Assembly (NCBI GenBank): GCA_004431415.1
Contig: QPMI01000062.1
Coordinates: 62,001 to 126,000 of the forward strand
Direction: 5' to 3'
DNA from: Cyanophora paradoxa CCMP329
Taxonomy: Eukaryota; Plantae; Glaucophyta
DNA: 64,000 bases
Of this stretch, positions 12,925 to 27,265 are shown in pieces. How positions within the stretch are numbered: position 1 is the stretch's first letter; every line of letters begins with the position of its first letter. The notes under the pieces were generated by a model. The model had not been told where the DNA came from, searched no databases, and worked only from the letters and a program-made list of their open reading frames with translations. Position numbers and translations under genes: made by a program.

Positions 12925-13164
12925 ATACAGCTTAGTTGACGGCGCGGGATGTCATGCTTTTTGATATTTGGAATGACAACCCCGAGCTTTTTCGCACAGC
13001 AGCGCTCCTCCGGCTCGCGGCCGCAAGGCCTCGTATGCGCGTTCAGTGCCGCGGGGCAGGATGCCGAACAATCCCTCGAGGGGCGGCAAAGGACCCAGCA
13101 ACGAGATCGCACGTTGACACTGTTAGTCGACTTAGCATGCAGCACTTATCTCTAAATCTGCTTA
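12553..13164. repeat. Left arm of ~610-bp inverted repeat (partner 16286-16911)
   Basis: Reverse complement of 16286-16911. Differences seen: one synonymous CGG/CGC change in the CDS, and a few substitutions plus a ~13-nt duplication at the distal end. Confidence 0.95.
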
Positions 13165-13455
13165 CTAAGCTAGAAATTCTGAGGTCATGCCCTTGCCAAG
13201 CCTTCTATCCTTTTAATCCAGCTTAGCTTGAGCTTTTTGAGCTCGCGCTTGAGCCAATGTCCAAGCTCAAGCTCAGGCCTGGGTATGTCGCCAAATTGCT
13301 ACAAAACAGCAACGATTTCTATCAGATTTTGAACTACGGCACATTGTTTTTTGGAGAGTTCAGACTCACAAGTCGGGGGGGCCCGAGAAGGTGTGAGCCT
13401 CAAGGCGGAGGCTATTGCCATTCCCTTGGACACAAACAACATACATGCACAGAAA

Positions 13456-14422
13456 TTACGCTTGAAGCTCCGGTGGGAACGTGCCTGTTTTCAAAGCCTT
13501 CTCGTACTTTGTCACTTCCTCAAGCGAGGAGGCGTTCTGGATCGCAGTCTGGTGCAAATCGATGAGTTGAGGGAGAAATTGTGGAAAGGTGACGCAGATT
13601 CATTTGGACGTGAGTACCTTGAGAGCTGCTACTTGCTGCTCACTCAACTTCGGCTTGTCCTCATCTGGAAGAGCTGTCTTACTCTTCGCAAGCTCGGCCG
13701 CCCTTGCCTTGCCCTTCTCTCCACCGAAAAGCTTCTTGCTCGCCAGACGCTCCTGAGAACGCGAAGGTGAACAGCTGGCTGTGCAGCAGGCGAAGAAGGA
13801 CACTGACCTTCAACTTCACACGCTGGAAATCCAACAGCTTGATGGAAGGGATCTTGTGAATCACGTAGAGCCTGTAATGTTGCTTCTTGCTGACAGGATT
13901 GTCGTGCAAGCTAAGGCGCAGAAGCCCTTTGAAACCCGCGAGAAGATCGATGTCCGCGAAGTTCATCAACAAGTTGTTCGTCATGATGAGCGTATCGATG
14001 TTCGGAATGCTTTCCGCTACGTTATCTGCTATCCGAGAGATACGGTTGTTGCACAGGACGAGTCGCTTCAAGCGCTTCAGCGTGGGGAAGCCGTCGAGCT
14101 TCTTAATGTCCTGCAGGGGGGCTCGCGGGGCTGGCGATACGGCATCCCCCGCGCGCAGCGAACGTACGTTGTCGCTCAAGTCAATGCTGTCGTACTGGTC
14201 TTGCGTCGCACCCAGGTTCTCGATAGCAGGAATTTTGTTAGCTGTGAACGCGAAAGTTAGCCCGAGCCTCGCTCCGGAGATCGGGTCGCTCACCGCGAAG
14301 GACTATCTCGCGGTCCTTCAAGCAGGACGTGACCTGCGCACTCCGCGCGACGAGGTCCGCTGCACACACCCATCTCAGCGCCGAGAAGCGAGCGGGCGAT
14401 CGGTCAAACCTGTGAGCCTCAT
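13456..14422 (-). CDS. SNRPA1: U2 snRNP protein A' (LRR)
   Basis: Spliced MRLT|ADLVARSAQVTSCLKDREIVLR|ANKIPAIENLGATQDQYDSIDLSDN, then YRLYVIHKIPSIKLLDFQRVK, ending IQNASSLEEVTKYEKALKTG. Confidence 0.93.
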
Positions 14423-14660
14423 CTTCGCCTTTCTGCGTTGCTGCTGCTGCTGTCCTCGTGCGGCTCTTTCTGACTGCAGCAAGGGTTTCAGCAGTACCCC
14501 CGACCAGTCCTTTCCCCCTCCGATCGAAACCTAGCAGGCCTACCAACCAGTGCTTTCCCCCTTTCTGATCTCCTGTACAGCGGCTTCATAGGCTCACAAA
14601 CCCCACAGCGACTTGCACAACATCGTTGATTGCACCCGGCGCGCTCCACGACGACCTCGA

Positions 14661-16288
14661 ATGCAACCGCAACCGCCGGCGTCGGCGATCACTCCACCGC
14701 CCCCGGCCGCAGAGACGCCGTGCGCATGCTATCGCCGCACGTATTCAGAACTAAGCGGCCGCACGTATTCAGAACTAAGCGGCCGCGCGTCGTTGCGTTC
14801 ACTGAATGTTGAGGCGTGTTCAGGTCCAAGCGGCCGCGCGTCGCCGCGCGTACAGACGGCTTGCGGGGATTTGCGGAGGTATTCTGTTTCCCTTCCCAGA
14901 TATCCGCGAGCGCACGCTGAGCGCCGCGTCACAGAACGTGGTCGCTGTGGTCCGCTCGAGAGGGCGCACGTCGTATCAAGACGTTGCAGATGAGCTAGTC
15001 GAGAAATACAGAGCAACCGAGCTGGCAGCTGGTGAACTGGAAGGGAACCAGACCGGAACCGACAGCGACAGCGCCAGCATATCGAGCGAGAAGGCAGAAA
15101 CCCCGGACGGTTCCCGATACATTCGAAGAAGGGTCAGCGCGTTGCCTTCATTACTCTTCATTAGTTATTTCTCACTGAAGATCAGGTCTACGATGTCTTG
15201 AACGTTCTGACATCAATCGATCTGCTCCAGCGGAGCGTGCGTAATCGTAAACAGGCCTCTGGAGCAGTATAACTAGCTAATCTGAAGACTTTAACCTCGA
15301 GGCTAACCTGATCCTTATCGTAATAAGTACTCTCAGATCCTGTGTCTGACTTCGTCTGACTGTCTGACTTTGTGCAGGATAAAAAGGAGATAACGTGGCA
15401 GGGAATTCAACCCCAGGTCTGTCCAGCAGTTTTAATCAACATCTTGCTCGCTCTGGAGAGCCAAATGAACTTTACAGGCTGCTTTGGAGAGCGAAATGAA
15501 TACGCTGACGGTTTGCCTTTCAAGGTTCATTTTCACAGGCCGAAGTTTGACTGAATCCGACACTACTAGACGGAGATTGCGGAAGTGGAGAAGTCGATTG
15601 AAATGAAGAAACAGCTCCTGCGAAGCAAAATGCTTGAGGTGATTGTGTGTGCAAAATTCACTCCACACGCACGCTAACATATATTCTGCAGGTTGTTGCG
15701 ATGCAGAAACTCATGTGCGTATTTCAATGTTTTTTTTCTTCTCTCTGAGACGTTGTCCATTAACAGGCAAAGAAACACCCGGCCTCCTTATCAGGTAACA
15801 GATTCTTAGCTTGCCCAAGCAATATATTAACAATACAGAGTTATTCAATCTGCTGCAGACGGACAAGCATAGGTTGCCTCTCCCACTTCTGGTTTTGAAC
15901 AGCGATGCTGGAATAAACGAGATTGGTCTGGAGCTCGAAACCATGTCTTTGTTGAGCCTGACCGAGTTCATACAGATCTCGGATACAGCAAGGATCGAAA
16001 GGAGGCTCTCTTGCGATTTCCACGTCCTTTCACTGGTTCTTTGCCCTCCTGCTGTTCTCAGTTCACCCTGCCAAGTTCACATTTTTTGTTGTGTTCGAAG
16101 GCCACGTGGACACCGAGATACTCGAGCAACTTGGATTGGCAGCGATTGAAAATCCGTGCGCCTTCTTACTACGAATATCATGTTTGCGGCTCACTGCTTG
16201 GCGCACCTCGTTGCCCAGTTTGGACATAGCCACGTTGCCAGGGCGGTGGACTGCACATTTGTCGGAAGCCGAGACACAGAATTTCTAA
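14661..16288 (+). CDS. DP: E2F dimerisation partner (DP) family transcription factor
   Basis: RGRTSYQDVADELV, YIRRR|VYDVLNVLTSIDLL and DKKEITWQGI match the DP winged-helix/DEF box. A downstream RLPLPLLVLN segment resembles the DP dimerisation region. Confidence 0.8.
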
Positions 16289-16911
16289 GCAGATCTAGAG
16301 ATTAGTACTGCATGCTAAGTAATGCATGCTAAGTCGACTAACAGTGTCAACGTGCGATCTCGTTGCTGGGTCCTTTGCCGCCCCTCGAGGGATTGTTCGG
16401 CATCCTGCCCCGCGGCACTGAACGCGCATACGAGGCCTTGCGGCCGCGAGCCGGAGGAGCGCTGCTGTGCGAAAAAGCTCGGGGTTGTCATTCCAAATAT
16501 CAAAAAGCATGACATCCCGCGCCGTCAACTAAGCTGTATCTACTGCTGCTTCTGCGAGTCCGCCTTGTCGGCGCCGGTCGGGTTCTTGCCAGAGTCGATG
16601 CGGGTCTTGACGCTCTCGGGGCCCTCGTACCTGCCGTGAGGCGTCAGCGGGCGCCCGCCGCTCGAGGATCACGTTGCGCGCATAACTGCCGCGACTGGTG
16701 CGCCAACTCTAGACACTGGCGCGGCAACTTACAGCAGGTTGTGAGCAATCTTGCTCTCAAGCCACGCCCAGAAGCCGCCGTCCGCCTTCATGACTGTCGC
16801 CTTGTTGACCGCCTGGGCGAAGAACTTGGGGGTGCGGCCACCCTGGCTCTTCGACGAGCCGGCGACGGGCGCGGGCAGCGGGGCCGCGGAGGCGGTGGCG
16901 AGGAAGTTCAT
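16286..16911. repeat. Right arm of inverted repeat
   Basis: Reverse complement of 12553-13164; homology stops exactly at the ATG (16911). Confidence 0.95.
16540..16911 (-). CDS. Small 89-aa protein, copy B (same translation as copy A)
   Basis: Same 372-bp span, intron and translation as 12553-12924, on the opposite strand. Confidence 0.7.
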
Positions 16912-17080
16912 TTTTTTGCTGCGAACTGGGGGTACAGGTCGCTTGTGTCGCGGATCGGAGAGTCGCTCCTGCAGAGCCCCTCGTCGTTTCTGCCAGCCTG
17001 CGCGAAAGTGAAAGTCGGACCGAGCGTGAAAGTCGGACCGGGCCCACTCAGCGGAGAAGGTATATATCCAGCCAACATCG

Positions 17081-18383
17081 ATGTCGGGCTCGAGCTCTCC
17101 CAAGTTCCCGTTTCGGCCGGGCGAGCTGCTGCGTGTCTATAACTGGTGCACCGTTTTCATCTGCCTAGCTCGTCTTTTCGCCCTGTTGTGCCTCGTCGAA
17201 CCTGTCAACAGGTCTTCGCCGTGTTGGAACTGCAAGCAGGAGATGCGCAAACTCTTGCTCCGGAGAGAGGTAGCATCGGATAACGGAAGACCGGCGTCCG
17301 TGTGCGAACTGCAGCTCGAGGATCCGCTGAAGAAGCTCGCCGTAAAGCGTATGTGGGCGGGCGCTTATGCGCGCCTCGGAGCACGCCCTCACTTTTTCGC
17401 AGATGGCATTCCTCTCCGTCCCACTCACAAGTAAGGCTTTTTCGTTTGAAGGTCCGGTGCTTGGCCTGACTCGGAGCCAGCGCGGTCCTGAAAATCGACT
17501 ATCTCGGTTGCGTCTGCGACAAGTGTGAACACCTGCAGGGAGATCAGCTACTTCACGTATGATTCCCTCTTTGTTTCTTTTTGCCCTCCGTCTAATGCCT
17601 TCGCGCAGGACGAGTTCCGGTTGATTGCAGGTGCTGCGGAACGCCCTGCGTAGTTGAAGGGTTGCACTGACAGCGGCGCGTTGCAGAGAGAAGTCTTCAT
17701 TCGAGCTACATTTTGCGAGGTATGAAAAGTTTGCCCGTCAAGTGGGGCAAGCTTACCCCCAGCAGACATCTCTCTCGACTCCATAACGCAAGATCAGCTT
17801 GCGGAGCTCGCTAACGAGCGTGAGCAATTGGATCCCTCCGGCATTGACAAATACCAACTCAATCGCATGCCAGCGCTCTTTCTGCCTAAGCGGGATAGAA
17901 AGTCCGAGCCCCAAGCATCGTCTTCTCGATCATCGGGTGCTGCCAAGATTACAGCGTGCCCCCATACCGATGCTAAGCACTACGGTAAACATTTTTTCGT
18001 TTTCTCGGTTAGAAAGTATCCGCTCACTGTCTTCTAATTCGGCATATAGCACATGGCATGTGTGGCACTGTGAGTCTCGTTTCTTTCGAGTCTGTTGCTT
18101 GCCATCACCTCACCTGCAAAGCAGTGTTACCGGCGAATTCGCCTGCAGAACATCAAAAAACGGGAAAAGATCGATAACGGCACCTCAGGCGAGCTGCCCC
18201 TTCTTTTCTTGCATTCCACAAGAAAGAGAACTTATGTGAGGCTCAGAGGGTGAATTTAATGGCAGCGAGGACGAAAAGAAGCTTACCAAAGTTACCAATT
18301 GCCCACATCGGGATGCGAAGCACTACGCACATGGCCTCTGCAATTCGTGCTACAGGAAAGAGCGTGCAAAAAGAGCAAAGTGA
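17081..18383 (+). CDS. Uncharacterised protein with two C-terminal CPHxDAKHYAHGxCxxCY metal-binding motifs
   Basis: Spliced KITACPHTDAKHY|AHGMCGT|CYRRIR and KVTNCPHRDAKHYAHGLCNSCYRKERAKRAK* (TGA 18381-18383). The 5' exon structure is uncertain. Confidence 0.6.
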
Positions 18384-19230
18384 GGATTAGTATGTACCTC
18401 TGTTAATGTGTAAGAATTCATAGTTTATTTTGCGCCTTTTATAGCTGTTTTTTTGAGGGTTGTTCTTGATTCAAGGTTGGACGGGGTTGTGACTTTCACA
18501 GAGGGTTTCAATCTCTCCGGGCACGCAGATCAGATGTGAGGGCTGAGGCTGGGCCGGGGGGCTTTGATTTGGATGCGATCATGAGGCTAGCGCCCGGCCA
18601 CGGCCTTCGCTTTGATTTGGATTTTGGACCTTTTGATCCGATGATCTGAGGCGGGGCACCCAGCCCTGGCAGCCTATAATTACCGAAGTATATGTACGCG
18701 CGCTTTGGATTCGGATTTGGACCTTTAAATTTACATCGCGACTAGGATTTGGATCTGAGGCAGGCCAGGCTTGAGGGCGCCGGGCTGAGGCTCTAGATCT
18801 CGTTGGATATCGATCTGAGGCAGGCTTGATCATGCCATGATGAGGGTTGAGGGCCCCTGTGGCTGGTATAAATATTTCTAGACAAAATCGAAGTCCACCT
18901 AAAGGCCTAGGCCTAGGCCACGGCCGGGAGTATTCCGCTTCCAGGCCTTGCAATTGGCCATGCGAGCTCAGGCCTGAGGCCTGAGGGCTGGGCCGCATGT
19001 ACACAAGTGACAGCTGCAGCTGCGAGTATCCCGGGCTTCGATTCAAAGCTTGTGGGCGTCATGCAGCTAGCGCTGCACAGCTGCAGCGCTAGCACGGCCC
19101 GGCGGCCAGGCACATAAACATGGTAAATGTATCGTTGCTAAGCTGATGGCGCTACAATGTACGTACATAATATAAATTCCACGCTTGCATGTTGCAGTAA
19201 ATAAATTCAAATGCAAATCGCAGCTAGACT

Positions 19231-22200
19231 TTAACTTGCGTCTAATCTAGCACTGAGGTCGTCAACTGAAGTACATTTAATACTCTGCCTGTCTGCATCA
19301 CTGTATTCGGTTTCCAGCACTCGAACAAGCTGTGCGTAGGCCTCAATGATGTTGGTCTGTGAAAGGCAGTTATGGACTACAGAACCTGAAACGGGGATCG
19401 CAACCAACCTTGATCGGCCTGAAGAGGATGTTCCTTGTTGCGGGATTGTTGAGGTACAAGGACATCTTTTTCAGCACTGGGTCAAGGTTTTGATCGAGAG
19501 AGTCATTTACTGATGCAAGAATCTCCTTCAGTCGATCTGAGCAAGATATAGAGTTGGAACCTGGGCACATCGAAACATGTACAAGCATACCTGGGTGTGC
19601 AAAGGTTTGTTCACGTATGAGGGACTGTGGGCCAGCCTGCGTTCCCGAGCGCGCAGCTCGAACGCTGACAAATGCTGACACCTGGTAGTGAAAGAATGTC
19701 AGATTACAGGAAAGACAAGAGCTTACGTCGACGTCACGAATCACCTTGGTGAGGTAAGCCAGAAGCGGCTCAATCATTATCTTTGTCACGTGGAGAATGA
19801 AGGATTCACAGGAGCTCTTGAGCTCGTTTTCCAAATCCTGCAAGTGTGTGAGAAATAGGTGTCGGCGTGTAATGGAAGGTCCGTTTTGCACCTTCTTCGA
19901 GTCGACCTGGGATTCTAAGACTTTCGGAGGCACAGCAGTAACAAAAGCGAGCAGAGCATTGTGGCTGTTGAGGGCTAGAAGACCTTGAGGACCAGCCCGC
20001 ACAACACGCCCAAGAGCATCTGTTGGAAACCCAATATCAGATATTTATGCTTTCCTGCGCATTGAAAAAGCCCGCTGCCTCGTATGTGCGAGAAATCCAA
20101 CGTCTTTTCGTTCCACGAAAACTGAATCTCGAAGGGTGTGATTTGTTCTCGGAGAATGAGAAGGTGCTTGATCAAGAAAAGATGGCCATCAAGTACGCCC
20201 TGCCAGTAAATATTGGTCCTGAGGTCTACAGGAAAGCGATGACGAAGAGAATACTTTTTGTTTGGTGATAATCTTTGCAGCTGAAAGCAAGGACATGGTG
20301 CACACAGAGACAGCCTCTTGAGCGAGCCCCTCGAAAACATACACCTGCAGGATGCTCAGAAGGAAGAAAAGTAAATGGAAGGAGATTATGACTCACATCA
20401 AGAGTGCGGTACAGTTTTGAGAGCGTCATCAGGGTGCGCTCCAGTGTAGGATACCAAGAAGCATACAATGATTTCACAGATGCATATGGTGTGCCAGGCT
20501 GTACACCAGCCTCCGTGTTAAGACCCTGCGCCGCTGTTGTCGGGTCTCGGCCTTGGAGGGCTGAGCTCATCTCTGCAAACTCTCATTTCAGAATCCGCAG
20601 CCAGCAAAAGATACCATACACCCTGACCTTGAAGACGCTCAGGATAGTTAAGATGTTCAGGAGCAGGGTTGAACCCTTTAATTTCATCACGAATGAAGGT
20701 TTGAGCACGGTATGTGAGGCGTTCTTGAACATCCTGTGCGAAATATGAGCAAAGCAGCGGAGCAACAAGAAAGTTTAAGAAACCTGAAGCATTTTGTTCA
20801 TGACAGGCCGAAAAGCAGACAACCAGTCGCCTGCCCGAACAATCAAAAGACATTCATTGAAGGCTATAATAAGACGTGCACCCTTCCTCTGGTCATGGTC
20901 GTGCACCTCCGACTTGAGGATCTCGGCCACCTCACACAGGTTGTCAAGATGAGTTTCACGAACGAACAGAGGCCGGAGGGAGTCATAGAGAATCGTGCAT
21001 ATCGCTTCAATGAGCATCCTGGATGGGAGATAAGGTAACGTGTAACAAAGAGCAAATAACCATCCGCACTTGAGAGCATCATTTGCAATCGTGCAGGATG
21101 GAAAGAAGTGGAAGAAGAGAGTGTGTTCCTGCTGGCATAGCCTTGAGAGATAGGAGGTCCCAGCACGCGACTGACAAAACCATCAGAGCAGGTGCATGTG
21201 CTTGGTTGGAGACTTACAAGGGACGCAAGTTCGTTCGTTTGAGCCAGAGCAGAGTATTGCGCTTTGATGATAGAACCCAGAAGTTGGAGTCGGTTCTGGC
21301 AGTAGGTACTGCAACACTCGCTCAAAAGAATCGAGTGGCTCGGATTGCTGAAGGGCAAGAATCAGAAGTGGGTGAATGCATGGGCTGCTCATGGCGTACT
21401 CTTGCTGATTGGTTGCACGCTTTGAGAGCTCCTCCATCAGATTCTTCAGAGGAGGCGCAATTGCCTGGAACTTGACATAAAACAAACTAGCTTCCATGCT
21501 CTCTTGCACCGACGAAGCATCCTGGAAACGAGTTGTTGGGTCTGAAGCAAAGGACTCTAAGACGCAATCTCACCCGCAGTGCAGACTGGACTTGAGACGT
21601 GATGGCTTTGATTGACCCAATTGTGTGGTTCCGAACCAGCGTGAGCGCCCGTGACTGAAGCTGAGAGAACCGATGTTTGAAGGTCTCAGACTCCTTGTAC
21701 TGGGCCTGCAAGACAATGAGAGGAAGAACAAAAGCAGAAACTTGCCAAATGGATGCACATGATCTGTGAAGTACTGGACACATTTGTCCAGCTTCTCCAA
21801 AATAGGAAGAAAGCTGTCACTGAGAACGGAGAGGGTTGGGCTGTTCAAGGTCCGTGAAATCGAGTCGAGTTCGTCAAAGAAAGAAAGTTTTTCTCGAATC
21901 GCATTGGCGAAAGTGACCAAACGATCCTGTTTCAAGTATTGAGAAAAGCCGTGAGAATTGATATTTTAGAAAAAAGCAAAGCCCACCTTGTCGCGGACAA
22001 GCGATTCACATGCTTCGTGAAGGGCTCCCGTTTTTGTTGAGACGAGGGCGTAGTCTGTCTCCAGATTCTGCAAGAAACGCAGAGTGTCGTCCACCTCGTC
22101 TAATAGCTGCTGGCAGCTTTTGCTGTAGTGCTCGAGCACGTGCATGTACGATCTGATGCACGCTGAGTTGACAAGAAACTCCGTTTCAAATGGGGCAGAG

Positions 22201-22623
22201 CGACCTGTATCTAGACTCGCGCTCGGCCTCAATGTTGCATTCAATCTGGTGGTAGAATGCGTAGAAGTCCTGAACGCTTTGAATAGAGCAGAGGCCAAAG
22301 AGCGAGATGCGCCCGTCAACGTTTGCGTCAGGAACGGCGGGTCCGGTGGGGCGGTCTTCGAGCTGATGCAAAATCGTTAAACATGCGCTGCATGCATGCG
22401 ACGCTAAGCTTACGCCTTCGGGCCACGGGCGCTCAGCCAGGACTCCCTCCAACTCCGCCACTAGCTCTGCTTGCTTCTCGGACAGCGGGCAGCTGCGCTT
22501 ACACGTAAGGCGCTGACCGCGACAGATCCACTGCATGCGCATGTACCTCGCCTCCCACGCCGATGCCAGGGCTTTGCTGGACACAGCCGGCGCGCCCGCC
22601 ACAGCCGGCGCGCCCGCCTCCAT
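19231..22623 (-). CDS. COG3: Conserved oligomeric Golgi complex subunit 3 (Sec34)
   Basis: [68 protein letters not shown] and [17 protein letters not shown]; TAA at 19231-19233. Confidence 0.93.
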
Positions 22624-23055
22624 TCGAGAAGCGGCACGTCGCGACGAAAGGAGCTCTGCTGCGCCGGCGCGGCGCCGGCCTCGATTCGCTTTGGCCTAGC
22701 TGTGTCGAGCCGTGCTGGTTGTGGCTGCGACGCCCGCGCGGTCCAAAACGAACGTGCAATTGGACCCGAGGCCGGAATTCAAAACCTGACACCTACTGCG
22801 GGTCAGACTGCGGGAGTCTGCGGCGTGGAGCGGGGTACATGCTCTCGGAGGAACATTCGGCCGAGCGCATGCGCAGCGCGCGTATTGCATCCGCGGCATG
22901 CGCAGCTCTAACGCGGTGAGGGCGCACGCCCCTGCGAGAGTGGATAAATTGCTCAGCGCGTGGCCATGGATAATTGAGGTTTTTCTGAATTGAAATACGG
23001 GCTGTGCCACCCTGAAGGTGGTGGATCCTATCGATAGCCTGACCTGCCTAACTGC

Positions 23056-25778
<2,723 letters not shown>

Positions 25779-26410
25779 CGCTGGAGCTCGCTGAAGAGTG
25801 TCCTGGGCGACTCGAGGTGCGGCTATTTGAATGCCAGCCCCCGGCCGAACGAGCCGGATGAACAAGGTGACGTGCACTTGAGCCGCCGAGACCCGGCACT
25901 GACAATTCTCTGTACCCCGAATTATTTCCGGTGCACCTTGTATCACGGTTCTCCACCTGACCATCAACCGTTGGGGTTCTGACCGTTAGAATTACGATTC
26001 AAGATTACGATCGATATCAGCCACTGACAGCCAGCCTGGCAGACGTCGACATGTACAATTGCAAGAATTACGACCACATATATATATACGATTACGATTA
26101 GCAGCGAATTACGATTATGGTCCCACGGCCGAGCTCCGAGCTCTATAAGACCATACCGGCCATGGCCACAGCTCAAAGAACGTACGCGTAGCTCAGGCCC
26201 CAGATATCGCCGAGTCGATCTAGAAACTCAATTACGATTGGGAGTCTAGCTGTATAGGCTAGGGTTAGGTCGGTGGAGCTCGAGAAGACTGATCAGAATT
26301 ACGATCGCGGCAGGTCTTCAGGTCGTCAGCGTCACATATGCATAGAACACCGTACCTACATGGAACACTTGACGGTACCCCAGGTCGATCGATGACTCCG
26401 ATCAGACTCC

Positions 26411-26674
26411 ATGAACATCGCGCGCATCGAATACATCAAGCTCGGGCGCGCGGATGCCAGACAGAGGAGGGCTGCGCTCGCCGCGCTCCTTCCCGTCGGG
26501 GATCGCCTCTTGCCCGCGCCCGGCCTCCCCGCTCGCTCGCCGGCGCCCCCGCCCGCCAGCAACGCGTCGGACGAGCTCCTTGTTCGCCATGTGCTTTACG
26601 AGTTGGCGCACCGTTGGGCGCTCGCGCACGGCGCGGGCGACGTCCTGCAGGTCCTGCGGATCGGGGCCGCCTGA
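26411..26674 (+). CDS. Possible small intronless ORF (87 aa), unknown function
   Basis: ATG-TGA ORF with GC3-biased codons inside otherwise repeat-rich non-coding DNA; no recognisable motif. Confidence 0.3.
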   Translation: MNIARIEYIKLGRADARQRRAALAALLPVGDRLLPAPGLPARSPAPPPASNASDELLVRHVLYELAHRWALAHGAGDVLQVLRIGAA

Positions 26675-26812
26675 GGTTTGATCATCGGATTACGACGCGT
26701 ACGTCGACTAGTACTAGTACTAGTACTTGGACGAAAGTTGGACGAAAGTTGAGGTTTGATTTGATGGACGAAAGTTGGACGAAAGTTGAGGTTTGATCAT
26801 CGGATTACGACG
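26672..26812. repeat. Nested direct repeats
   Basis: TGAGGTTTGATCATCGGATTACGACG at 26672 and 26787; TGGACGAAAGTTGGACGAAAGTTGAGGTTTGAT at 26728 and 26765; tandem CTAGTA units between them. Confidence 0.9.
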
Positions 26813-27265
26813 TTCCTTTTCGAGGTGCATGCTCCTTTTGCGTTTATCGTGAGCGGTGGTAAATTCATGCTCGCAGACTTCCTGATCGAGTTCGAGCACT
26901 TCGTCCTTGTGGTGGAGGCGGACGAGCGGGGCCACGGGCGCACCAACTATTATGCGCAGATATATTTAGATACCGCGCTCCGCTACAGGCGCTCCGCGGA
27001 GGACGCTTGGATGCTCAAGATCTATGAGCAAATCCTCGAGGTTCGTTTGGGTTGAGCAGCCCCTGATGCGAAGCCCATGTGCGCAGGTCTACAGGAAGCC
27101 AACAAAATTCACAGGAGGGACTCACAGGAGGACCCACAGGAGGCGAGGGACCCAGAGGAGGCGGAGGCCAGAATCCGAGACCTCATGCGGGAGATGTGCC
27201 ACGGGAGATCCCTCACTCCCTCAGCTGCAGTGTACGGTAGATCTGTGCTGCTGCTGCGGCACTGA
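26786..27265 (+). pseudogene. DUF559/Vsr-like PD-(D/E)xK endonuclease fragment
   Basis: GKFMLADFLIEFEHFVLVVEADERGH resembles the xxDFxxxxxxhhhExDxxxH core. An apparent intron leads to VYRKPTKF, after which the frame is unclear. No clean start. Confidence 0.5.

Noticed and set aside
12553-16911. Inverted arms as terminal inverted repeats of a transposon
   Set aside because: The arms are a spliced gene starting at its ATG, the enclosed genes are housekeeping, and no TSD or transposase is seen.
25866-25876. TGACGTG UPR-element-like motif upstream of BiP
   Set aside because: A single imperfect short match; cannot be distinguished from background.
26672-26812. Possible CRISPR-like array near the Fanzor
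   Set aside because: Only two copies of each repeat, nested and without unique regularly sized spacers.
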